This document shows, piece after piece, positions 11,678 through 20,350 of a DNA stretch of 64,000 nucleotides (positions within the stretch are counted from its first letter, which is position 1; every line of letters starts with the position of its first letter). The notes under the pieces are model-generated. The model was not told the DNA's origin and ran no database searches. It saw nothing but the letters and a program-made list of their open reading frames with translations. The stretch lies in assembly GCF_016903815.1 (NCBI RefSeq), contig NZ_CP069973.1. One strand, given 5' to 3'. Made by a program: the position numbers and the translations under genes. The stretch is from Escherichia coli. GTDB taxonomy: Bacteria; Pseudomonadota; Gammaproteobacteria; Enterobacterales; Enterobacteriaceae.

Positions 11678-12148
11678 TCATGCGGCCACCTCGCTGATAA
11701 ATTTTACGCCGTCGGCGGTACGCAGCCAGCGTGGGGCTTTGAGTCCTTCCGTGAAATACCAGACCAGCTCACACAGCAGCCCGGTCAGGGTTTGCTCCAT
11801 TTTTGGTTCCGCCGGACGTTCCAGCAGAAGCTGGAGTAGTGCGAGGCAGTATTCGCACAAGGAATCAGGTTCGGAAATAAAGTGCTCTGGTGTGGCGGGA
11901 AGGGTATCCACGGTCAGGCTTTCGGTAAGATGCGGTGGGATGGGGTCGTGTAGTGTGGGTTGCAGTAGCGCAAGAGCCGCGTGAAGCCGCCCGCAGAGCG
12001 CCAGTCGTAGCGCTGGATCGTCGGTTTCAATCAGGGTTTCGGCAAAGCGGGCGCAGTAGTCAGCAAGGACAGTGAAATCCGTGGTGGCATTGAAGGGGAC
12101 GGTCAATAGATCGAGTAAATCGCTGTCAGTGGTGAGGATTGTAGCCAT
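11678..12148 (-). CDS. Hypothetical acidic protein (156 aa), unknown function
   Basis: Clean ORF with an AGGAGG-like RBS (ggaggttgcc) just upstream of its ATG; leucine/acidic-rich; no family recognised by eye. Confidence 0.5.
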   Translation of the reverse strand: MATILTTDSDLLDLLTVPFNATTDFTVLADYCARFAETLIETDDPALRLALCGRLHAALALLQPTLHDPIPPHLTESLTVDTLPATPEHFISEPDSLCEYCLALLQLLLERPAEPKMEQTLTGLLCELVWYFTEGLKAPRWLRTADGVKFISEVAA

Positions 12149-12494
12149 AGGGCAACCTCCGATAAGTGGGTGTTCAAGCCACCACCGGAGAGGCTAATCT
12201 CGCGGGTGGTGGAACCGGGCAGGGTTAGCCTTACCAGCCTTATCGGACACTGGCGCGTCTTGCGACGCCCCCGCCCGGCCCACCATTGAGATGTAACCGT
12301 GCGAACAACACAAAAAAAGACGCTGGCGCGTCATGTGTCGCCGATAAGATTTCTTCAGGAGGCTAATCCCGACGCCTGATTTTGCAGGCGCGGGAGAAAG
12401 ATACTGCGATTGGTCATGAGTGGCAAGGGCTACATCATGTTTACCAACATCTCACGCAAAAATACCCTGATTATTAATAGCGAAAATCAGTTTC

Positions 12495-15400
12495 TTATTT
12501 TGGCGGTAGCTTTTTGCGGTTCTTTGCCAACTGGAATCCTTCAGGTAACGGTTTGAATTTATCGCCGCCTTTAGGCCAGCGTTTTGCCCTGCTCTGAAAT
12601 GCCCTTAACGAGTCGATATCCAGCGTTGCAGCGACCACAAAGTCATTATCACCGCCCTTCACACGAGCAATATCACGCATAAAGGGTTCTTTTGCCGGGG
12701 AACGTACGCGACTATCGCCGTATTTTCGGTTATTCACTAAAATAGTATAGGCATGAATATCCAGCGCTGCTGATTCAATCAACGATGCAAACGTATCTAG
12801 ATCTTTATTCCAGCTCAATACCATTAATGCATCGAGTGCGCCCTGAAAACGGATCCTCGCTTTACTATTCTGGAGTTCAGAGCAAATCATAACGCCAAAA
12901 TTGACGCCGTGATGAATATATACCGGCTTACGTTGTTTAACATTAAGTGTCGAATCCCAAGACTTACCATAAATTGAAAATAATGCCTCATCTTCACCTA
13001 CGGCGGGTTCCAGCTTGGGTTGCCATATTTTGACACTCGCTGGATAGCCGAGTCTGTTATCTGAAAGGACAAGTACGGCCTCACTCTTCAGTTGATTATC
13101 GTCTAAGTGGCGGTATTCTGTTCCCGCAATTAGACTGATACCCGCCGAACTCAAACGATCAGCAATACTGTTAACCCAGCGTAACGGGATTGAAAGCTCA
13201 GGGAATAAAACATAATCAGGTTTAGGAGATAGTTTCAATGTTGCATTAACCAGTTCAGAAATCCGCTGGTACCTTGAACGGGACAAGTTAGATTTATTGC
13301 AGGCCATTTTAGCCCAGTCGTCCTCCTCTGTTTTAATGCTGGTTAGCGCAACGACAACTTTATGTTTCCTGTCTGTGCCAATATGAATGAATTTCTTAGG
13401 CCGAGCTTTTTTTGTCGCTTCATCTGAGTCCTGCTCCGATGCTAGCAACGTCGGTTTGATCCATACTCCGCGTAATGCTTGAGTATATTTTGCCCAAATG
13501 GTGGACGGTCTCTCATCTGGTTTTTTGTCGGATGTGGAGGGTAATCCAACACATTCGGGGGCCAGTTCTGATATTTCAGCGGGTGTTAAAGGACGTGTAG
13601 GGAAAATGTAAGGTAGGTAACTTTCGTTCTTACGATTTCCTTTAGCCACTTTTTCCAGTCGGGTATTCTTGGTTGATTTCAAAAATAGCTTAATAACGTC
13701 AATATCAATAAGCGATGAGTCGCTCATTAATTTCAGTATTTTAACTTCTTTTTTACTATCACGCTGATTAACAAGTTTTTCTGCCGACTGACTCTTTACG
13801 ATCTGTTTATAAGGTTCCTTTGCTAAATCAGCTCGAGCTACCAATGGCGCTTTTAAATAAAAATCTGCTGAATCAAAGCGAAGATCCAGTAAATCCTTTA
13901 GATTCGTCAGACTTTGTGAAATATGATTAAAAAATGTATCCGCAAGGCACTCTTCTTTCTTTGAACGTTTATCAAGAAATAATCTGTCAGGACTGTAATA
14001 TCGTGTCGCTGCATCAACAAATAGCCAGCTTAATGTGCCTTTTATACAGCGCCAAAGATCATTTACTGCTCGAGTTTTGCAACCATTTATATTCACTTCC
14101 TTACCTGAAGTAATCACCGATGCCAACAGGTTGATGGATTCGTAAGCTTTAAGTACAATTTTTTCCGCGTGCTGCCATTCATTCATACTGATAGCAAAGC
14201 CAAGCAGCCTTGGCAGATAACTAAAATGTGCAAATAGATTATCAGCCCTAAGAATATGGTTGTAGGCAAACTGATAAAACTCTTCCCGCTGTTCTTTCCA
14301 TTCACTTGGAGGCAGATCTCGTGCCAGTGTTTCAACGTAGCGTAATTGCAGTGACCAGCCCAAACGACGAATGGTTAATCCATCCGCACGGCGCAGAGTA
14401 TCGGCATTTTCACCTACACTACCGGCAGCGGAAAGGACTTTAGCTGCGGTGGAGTGTTCCAGTTGATCCGGTGAAGGCATCAAGCGGTGTTCACTAGAAA
14501 GCTCGTAGATCTCCTTTTCGATACTGTCGAGCAGGTCTATTCCAGCCCTCCCTTGAAGCACGAAAAGTTTTTGCTTATCGGATTGTAACTGGATGGTGGT
14601 CTTACCCTGGAAATGCTCGCCCTGCTGTATTTGCCATATTTGTTTTTGCTCGTTTTTCAAATAAACGCAATCATTGCCAAGCCTATCTTGCAGCAATAAC
14701 ATAAATTCGTGATTATTAGTAATTGTCCCTGTATCGCGTATTACAAGGAACATATCATCGACATAACGACCGTAGTGAATTGGTGATAGTTTTTCAATGA
14801 CTAATTTATCCCAATGGTGTAGCAATATATTTGAAATGATCCGACTGGCTGTTAATCCAATGACCAGACCACCATTAATAACAGGTGTTTTGTACGCTAT
14901 TTTCTTTCCAAATGCCGCTGCGCCGTCAGACCAGTGCTTTAAGAATACTGCTAACTGTGCAGTAAACGCTTTTTCATCCTCAGTCAGTTTTATGTTTAGT
15001 GTGTTATAGAGATCATCAGAGGTTATAGCCAGTGGATCAATAAAATGATAGTAACTTTTTAAATCCAGTGAGGCGGCGATAATGTCACGATCTTTTTCCA
15101 ACTCGTCACGTATAGCTTTTAAGCCATCACCACGCCATTTTTGGTAGGGCTGGAAGTAGGGGCTAAAAGAACCCACGGCACTGATATGGAATGGATTATC
15201 CTGCTCATTGCTAAATAATTCATCATTACGAATACGCTTTAGCCGCGCGCCATAGCAACAGTTATCTAAGCTGGCATCAAATTTATGCCCGACCATGTTA
15301 ATCCATAGTGCAGAGATAATGTGACTATCAACCGGGAAGTCACCAATAATACGAAACTCTGGTATCAGATCAAAATTATTAAATAAATGGTCGGCTGCTC

Positions 15401-15704
15401 GTTTAGGATTAGAAAAGTGGACGTGTCCATTTTGGGATTCATGTTTTTTCTTTGTGGTTAATTTTTTCGGTAACAAACGAAATTTGCCAATCAACTTCTT
15501 ATTGCTACTGAATCCATCTTCGCTCTGCAAAAGATCTAAGAGTTTTTGCAGGTTTTCAAGTAATTCCTGCTCATACTCGGCAAATTTGATAGCAACAGGA
15601 AATGTATTCTCAAAGAAGCTATCGGCTTTTGCTTTCCGGTAAGCGACCAGAAGGTCTTCAATCGTCAGATCATCCCAGCCAGTGAAAATTGCCTGATATG
15701 TCAT
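12495..15704 (-). CDS. Reverse transcriptase fused to a C-terminal nitrilase (carbon-nitrogen hydrolase) domain; candidate defence-associated RT (UG/DRT-like)
   Basis: 1069-aa ORF. RT motifs: ASLDLKSYYHFID (motif A), GLVIGLTASRIISNIL (motif B-like), YGRYVDDMFLV (YVDD at 14754-14765). C-terminal nitrilase-like triad candidates: FPELSIP (Glu codon 13197-13199), a Lys near VKIWQPK, GVMICSE (Cys codon 12881-12883). Confidence 0.8.
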   Translation of the reverse strand: MTYQAIFTGWDDLTIEDLLVAYRKAKADSFFENTFPVAIKFAEYEQELLENLQKLLDLLQSEDGFSSNKKLIGKFRLLPKKLTTKKKHESQNGHVHFSNPKRAADHLFNNFDLIPEFRIIGDFPVDSHIISALWINMVGHKFDASLDNCCYGARLKRIRNDELFSNEQDNPFHISAVGSFSPYFQPYQKWRGDGLKAIRDELEKDRDIIAASLDLKSYYHFIDPLAITSDDLYNTLNIKLTEDEKAFTAQLAVFLKHWSDGAAAFGKKIAYKTPVINGGLVIGLTASRIISNILLHHWDKLVIEKLSPIHYGRYVDDMFLVIRDTGTITNNHEFMLLLQDRLGNDCVYLKNEQKQIWQIQQGEHFQGKTTIQLQSDKQKLFVLQGRAGIDLLDSIEKEIYELSSEHRLMPSPDQLEHSTAAKVLSAAGSVGENADTLRRADGLTIRRLGWSLQLRYVETLARDLPPSEWKEQREEFYQFAYNHILRADNLFAHFSYLPRLLGFAISMNEWQHAEKIVLKAYESINLLASVITSGKEVNINGCKTRAVNDLWRCIKGTLSWLFVDAATRYYSPDRLFLDKRSKKEECLADTFFNHISQSLTNLKDLLDLRFDSADFYLKAPLVARADLAKEPYKQIVKSQSAEKLVNQRDSKKEVKILKLMSDSSLIDIDVIKLFLKSTKNTRLEKVAKGNRKNESYLPYIFPTRPLTPAEISELAPECVGLPSTSDKKPDERPSTIWAKYTQALRGVWIKPTLLASEQDSDEATKKARPKKFIHIGTDRKHKVVVALTSIKTEEDDWAKMACNKSNLSRSRYQRISELVNATLKLSPKPDYVLFPELSIPLRWVNSIADRLSSAGISLIAGTEYRHLDDNQLKSEAVLVLSDNRLGYPASVKIWQPKLEPAVGEDEALFSIYGKSWDSTLNVKQRKPVYIHHGVNFGVMICSELQNSKARIRFQGALDALMVLSWNKDLDTFASLIESAALDIHAYTILVNNRKYGDSRVRSPAKEPFMRDIARVKGGDNDFVVAATLDIDSLRAFQSRAKRWPKGGDKFKPLPEGFQLAKNRKKLPPK

Positions 15705-15998
15705 GCGTTATCGTCCTTAGATTACAGTCTGTACAGAATTAGCCAGCCGTTTCATGCCCGAAGGGGGGCTCTTGACACCAGTAATCCATCAGTGAGGCTG
15801 GCAATAATTTTGATTTGTATCCATGTTACACGCTCCCCGCAACCAGTCCGAGCATATATTTGTCACATTTTTCCCGAAAGTGATTAAGTTTGAATTTTTT
15901 GTTTAATGTCGATTTTTAGTCGACAAAATGAGGAATAAGTAAACTATTTCTTGCTGTGGCGTATCCCTGAATCTACACTGGTTTAAATATTTGTACTA

Positions 15999-16802
15999 AT
16001 GTCTATTCAGAGGCGACAGTTGCCAAACTATCTAAACTGGCTGATGCAGCACACGCTACCCGGCCAGGTGCTGCTCCAGTCATGGCTTACCCGCAACGGC
16101 ATAGATCGTAAGCTCTCTTATCTCTATGTGAAGAATGGCTGGCTCAGGCGGATCGCTCACGGCGTATACTGCCGGACGGGTCGTGAACCGGATTGGGTGG
16201 ATGCGGTTTACTGCCTGCAATCGCAGTGGGAAAAGCCTGTTCGGGTGGCGGGGCTAACCAGCCTTGCGCTTCAGGGTCATGCGCACTATACCGAACAGGG
16301 TAAGCCGCAGGTCTGGCTCGCGCTTCCGGCTTACGTCAAACTGCCGGGATGGTTTTCTGCCTTTGAACAATCCGCAACATTTGTCACGCTGTATACGTCA
16401 GGCCTTACCGCTGATGTAACGCCATTTACTACGGAACTGAAAATTGGTGACCGGCAGTTAGCGGGCAGTGTCCCGGAACTGGTCGCGTATGAGATCGCTT
16501 GTGGCGTTCCTTCGTTGATCTCGTTCGAACATGCCGATGCTCTGTTTCAGGGGATGAATCTTCTCAGCCCGCGTAAATTGCAGGCGTTACTCTGCGCCAG
16601 TCATTCGGTTAAAACCAACCGGGTGATGCTTTACCTTGCCCGGCGTAATGGACACCCTTATTTTCAGTTTATTGATCAAAGCGGTATAGAAACAGGTACG
16701 GGAAAGCGGCAAATCATACCCGGCGGCTGGCTGGAGCCGGATTATCAAATTACTGTTCCACGCGCATTTAAACCGGAAGGAGTCGAAGATGGATCTGCGT
16801 GA
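15999..16802 (+). CDS. AbiEi-like antitoxin/transcriptional regulator (type IV TA / abortive infection)
   Basis: 267-aa ORF; N-terminal segment (…LYVKNGWLRRIAHGVYCR…) matches the AbiEi wHTH signature; overlaps the next gene by 14 bp. Confidence 0.65.
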   Translation: MSIQRRQLPNYLNWLMQHTLPGQVLLQSWLTRNGIDRKLSYLYVKNGWLRRIAHGVYCRTGREPDWVDAVYCLQSQWEKPVRVAGLTSLALQGHAHYTEQGKPQVWLALPAYVKLPGWFSAFEQSATFVTLYTSGLTADVTPFTTELKIGDRQLAGSVPELVAYEIACGVPSLISFEHADALFQGMNLLSPRKLQALLCASHSVKTNRVMLYLARRNGHPYFQFIDQSGIETGTGKRQIIPGGWLEPDYQITVPRAFKPEGVEDGSA

Positions 16803-17709
16803 TAGCTATGCCCGGCAGGTCAAACTGTTGATGGCCGCTCTGCCGTATGTGGCGAAGGAGTCCTGTTTCGCGTTGAAAGGCGGCACCGCAATCAATTTGT
16901 TTGTGCAGGATTTTCCCCGTCTGTCGGTGGATATTGATCTGGCGTATAAGAGCTTTGCGGATCGCGATACTGATCTGGCGGCTATCAACGACGCTTTGAA
17001 GAGGATTACTGCATCGCTGAACGGCAGACCGGGGATCACCGCGATTCGGCAGGAAAATAAAGCGGATGAAAAGCGCATCATTGTGAATACCGCTGATGCA
17101 AAGATTAAGATCGAGGTTAGCCCGGTCTGGCGCGGGCTGTTGTTGCCTCCGGCAGAAATGCCTGTGTGCGAACGTGTGGAAATGGAGTATGGCTTCACCA
17201 CCATGAGTGTCGTCTCGCTGGCGGATCTTTATGGCGGTAAAATCTGCGCAGCGCTTGATCGTCAGCACCCGCGCGATCTGTTTGATGTGCTGAATATGCT
17301 GGAGAAACCGGGACTGATGCGGGAGATCTTTGACGGTTTTCTTTGTTATCTGGCAGGCCATCCCCGCCCCATTGCCGAGTTGCTGGCCCCAAACTGGGAT
17401 ACAGAGCGGATCACGACGCTGTATGCTCAGGAATTTTCGGGGATGACTCAGCAGGAAACGTCGCTGGAATCGCTGCTGTCAGTAACGACTTTGCTGCCGC
17501 AGGCGTTGAAGTCACATCTTACGGATCTGGATCGCGAGTTCTTGCTCAGTTTTAAGCAAAACAGCCCTGACTGGTCGCGGTATCGCTATCCTGAAATTCA
17601 GCATCTTCCGGCTATTCGCTGGAAGCAACGTAATCTGGCGGTGCTGAAAGATAAAAATCCGGCGAAGTATGTGGCGGCGGTGAATAAGCTAGAGAGGGTG
17701 CTGGCGTAA
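16789..17709 (+). CDS. AbiEii-like nucleotidyltransferase toxin (DUF1814-type)
   Basis: 306-aa ORF with nucleotidyltransferase motif FALKGGTAINLF…RLSVDIDLAY; translationally coupled to the upstream AbiEi-like gene. Confidence 0.7.
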   Translation: MDLRDSYARQVKLLMAALPYVAKESCFALKGGTAINLFVQDFPRLSVDIDLAYKSFADRDTDLAAINDALKRITASLNGRPGITAIRQENKADEKRIIVNTADAKIKIEVSPVWRGLLLPPAEMPVCERVEMEYGFTTMSVVSLADLYGGKICAALDRQHPRDLFDVLNMLEKPGLMREIFDGFLCYLAGHPRPIAELLAPNWDTERITTLYAQEFSGMTQQETSLESLLSVTTLLPQALKSHLTDLDREFLLSFKQNSPDWSRYRYPEIQHLPAIRWKQRNLAVLKDKNPAKYVAAVNKLERVLA

Positions 17710-17821
17710 TCAATAGACCAGCATTAATCACAGATGATTACCAATCAGCCAGAAATGGTTAAATCGTCGAATTCATAATTAATACTTTTTCTTACGCCGC
17801 TGAACAGCTTGAAAAGGATGT

Positions 17822-17933
17822 ATATTTTAAATAGCAGTGAAGTGAACAGTTTATTGCCGTTATTAATAGAGATGGAGGAATAAATACGCGTATTCTACTA
17901 TTGCAACAAAAACAACGATAATGATCAGTTTTC
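17822..17933. repeat. Dispersed ~110-bp repeat, copy A
   Basis: About 88% identical by eye to 37104-37214; shared core …tgaagtgaacagtttattgccgttattaataga…cgtattcta…aaaacaacgata…tcagttt. Confidence 0.75.
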
Positions 17934-18142
17934 ATAATGAAGTAACCTGATAGATATAAAAATGTTGATTGAGGCTAAATGCCCGGATGAAGGTTGTCGA
18001 GGGAGCCAGGTGGTTTTTTCTTTTGGGTGATCTCCATTGCTGGATAGTCCCCTCTTTCTCGCTCAAAGCAGACCCTGGAATTGAACGCAGAGGGACTACC
18101 TGACACAATTTTGCACAGTGAAGAGTCGGTCGTTATTAACGT

Positions 18143-19027
18143 TCAGATTTTCAATGTATCAATGACCATCCGCAGGGCGGGGGAGACGTTGCGATGAGGG
18201 TAATAGAGAAACAATCCCTCCATTCGCAGGCTGTAACGCTGCAACACCCTGATAAGCTTACCGTGTTCTAAATCATCCGCGACCAGTTCAACAGGAACAT
18301 AGGCCAATCCGAGGCCCAGCCGGGCTGCTTCTGCTTCCATATAGCTGTCGGATAAGGCCCATTGCCCTTCAGGGCGATGAGTGATTTTTTTATCATCCTG
18401 ATTGAGTTCCCACTGGTATACGCTGCCGTCGGCAAACTGATAGGCGATACAGGGATGCGCCTTTAAATCCGCCGGGGTTTGCGGAAAACCATAGCGACGA
18501 AAATGTTCCGGAGTCCCCACAATTGCCATCTCCATATCGGGCGTGATGCGTACCGCGACCATACCCTGGCCGACTTCAGGCCCCAGGCGGACACCTGCAT
18601 CGAATCTTTCCTCGATGATATCGACGAACCGGCTCTCATTTATCAGTTCAAGCCGGATATCAGGATATCTCTGTTTAAATACCGCCAGCTTTGGCAGCAG
18701 GCATTTATCAATCGCGTGCTGGCTGGCATTGATACGCACCGTGCCGGAGGGCGTCTCTCGATAGTGCGCCAGCGTGGCAAGCCCAAGATCTAACATTTCA
18801 AATCCAGATGCCGTCTTCTGGTAGAGCTGCTCGCCTGCTTGTGTCAGCGACAGTTTACGCGTGGTGCGCACTAGCAGCTGGACGCCCAGCCTTTCTTCAA
18901 GCTCGCGAACAGAACGGCTGACTCCTGACTGAGCAAGACCCAGCCGCTGAGCCGCTGCGGTAAAGCTGCCTTCCCGCACCACCTGCATAAACAGGTACAG
19001 CTCGTTGTAGTTCTCCCTTTTCGCCAT
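18143..19027 (-). CDS. LysR-family transcriptional regulator
   Basis: 294-aa ORF with LysR N-terminal HTH (FTAAAQRLGLAQSGVSRSV) and substrate-binding domain; divergent from the hydrolase gene. Confidence 0.85.
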   Translation of the reverse strand: MAKRENYNELYLFMQVVREGSFTAAAQRLGLAQSGVSRSVRELEERLGVQLLVRTTRKLSLTQAGEQLYQKTASGFEMLDLGLATLAHYRETPSGTVRINASQHAIDKCLLPKLAVFKQRYPDIRLELINESRFVDIIEERFDAGVRLGPEVGQGMVAVRITPDMEMAIVGTPEHFRRYGFPQTPADLKAHPCIAYQFADGSVYQWELNQDDKKITHRPEGQWALSDSYMEAEAARLGLGLAYVPVELVADDLEHGKLIRVLQRYSLRMEGLFLYYPHRNVSPALRMVIDTLKI

Positions 19028-19213
19028 TGAAACATCCCCCCTTCATGCCGGCAATCTCCGCATTAATTTATAACAATATGGTATTAATCTTAGCATTAAT
19101 CGCCCCCTAATCAGCACTAATTCTGCTCACTATAATGACCCCATCAAAGTAAAGCACCGCAGCGTTGTCCGTCGGAAACCTGTATCTCTCTGTTGTTTTT
19201 TATGGGGACTTTT

Positions 19214-20350
19214 ATGAAAGCCTTCACCCGCACGCTAAAAACCGCGATGCCGACCATGCTGCTTTTCGCATCATTAAGTGGAGTCACGACAATGAGTTAT
19301 GCTGATTCAACCAATCCTAATGCCCCTGTGTCCATGACAGATAAATGGGATAAAACGTTCGCCGAGAGCCAGAAAGTCGATCACCGTAAAGTCTCGTTCC
19401 CGAACCGATATGGCATCACCTTAGTGGGCGATCTTTACCTGCCTAAAGACCGTGGCGATCGCAAGCTGGCGGCGATTGCGGTCAGTGGGCCATTTGGCGC
19501 GGTGAAAGAGCAATCCAGCGGCTTGTATGCGCAGACGCTGGCGGAACGAGGGTTTGTTACCCTGGCGTTCGATCCTTCTTACACCGGGGAAAGCGGCGGC
19601 TATCCGCGAAACGTCGCCTCACCGGATATCAACACTGAAGATTTCAGCGCGGCGGTGGATTTCTTAGGGCTGCAAAAAGAGGTAGATCGCAACCGTATCG
19701 GGCTGCTCGGTATTTGTGGCTGGGGCGGCATGGCGCTGAACGACGTGGCGATGGATACCCGCGTTAAAGCGGTAGCTACCAGCGTGATGTATGACATGAG
19801 CCGGGCGATGGGTCATGGTGTGGGGGATGGCAAAGACCGTTATTCTACCGCCGACCGTCGTGCCGTTCTGCAATATCTGAATGAACAGCGCTGGAAGGAT
19901 GCGCAGAGCGGAACGTTCGCTCACGGTGGTCATGATATTAATGTCGATAGCAACGGCAAGGTCAGTGCGGGCGAGCGCATTCTGCCAGAAACGCTGCCGG
20001 CAAATCCTCATCCGGTACTGAAAGAGTTCTTTGACTACTATCGCATGCCGCGCGGCTTCCACGAACGTTCCGTTAACTCTACCGGGGCGTGGACGGCAAC
20101 GATGCCGCTGTCATTTATGAATATGCCGCTGTTGAGCTACGCCAGTGAAATCACCATTCCGACGCTGATTGTGACCGGTGAGAAAGCACATTCACGCTAT
20201 TTTGCTGAAGATGCTTACAAGGCGGTTGGCAGTAAAGACAAAGAGTTGGTGGTGGTACCAGGGGCAAATCACGTGGACCTGTACGATAACGTGGCCGGAA
20301 AAATACCTTTCGCGAAGTTCGAACAATTTTTCCAGACCAAACTGAAATAA
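19214..20350 (+). CDS. Secreted alpha/beta hydrolase (dienelactone-hydrolase-like, Cys nucleophile elbow)
   Basis: Start set at MKAFTRTLK… (signal-peptide-like N-terminus); GICGWGG elbow; paralogous to the ORF at 39036-39956. Confidence 0.75.
   Translation: MKAFTRTLKTAMPTMLLFASLSGVTTMSYADSTNPNAPVSMTDKWDKTFAESQKVDHRKVSFPNRYGITLVGDLYLPKDRGDRKLAAIAVSGPFGAVKEQSSGLYAQTLAERGFVTLAFDPSYTGESGGYPRNVASPDINTEDFSAAVDFLGLQKEVDRNRIGLLGICGWGGMALNDVAMDTRVKAVATSVMYDMSRAMGHGVGDGKDRYSTADRRAVLQYLNEQRWKDAQSGTFAHGGHDINVDSNGKVSAGERILPETLPANPHPVLKEFFDYYRMPRGFHERSVNSTGAWTATMPLSFMNMPLLSYASEITIPTLIVTGEKAHSRYFAEDAYKAVGSKDKELVVVPGANHVDLYDNVAGKIPFAKFEQFFQTKLK

Noticed and set aside
11493-11984. 163-aa plus-strand ORF overlapping the integrase remnant and the 156-aa ORF
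   Set aside because: Ser/Arg-rich, low-complexity; overlaps a more protein-like ORF on the opposite strand; probably spurious.
12149-12494. Interpretation of the GC-rich block as a standard REP/BIME element
   Set aside because: It does not match the REP consensus as I recall it (GCCGGATGCGGCGT…), and it contains internal direct repeats (gaggctaatc) and a long imperfect inverted repeat instead; kept as a candidate structured RNA or junction element.
16768-17361. 197-aa and 132-aa minus-strand ORFs overlapping the AbiEii-like gene
   Set aside because: Entirely antisense to a CDS with a recognisable nucleotidyltransferase motif; Arg/Gln-rich composition; no RBS.
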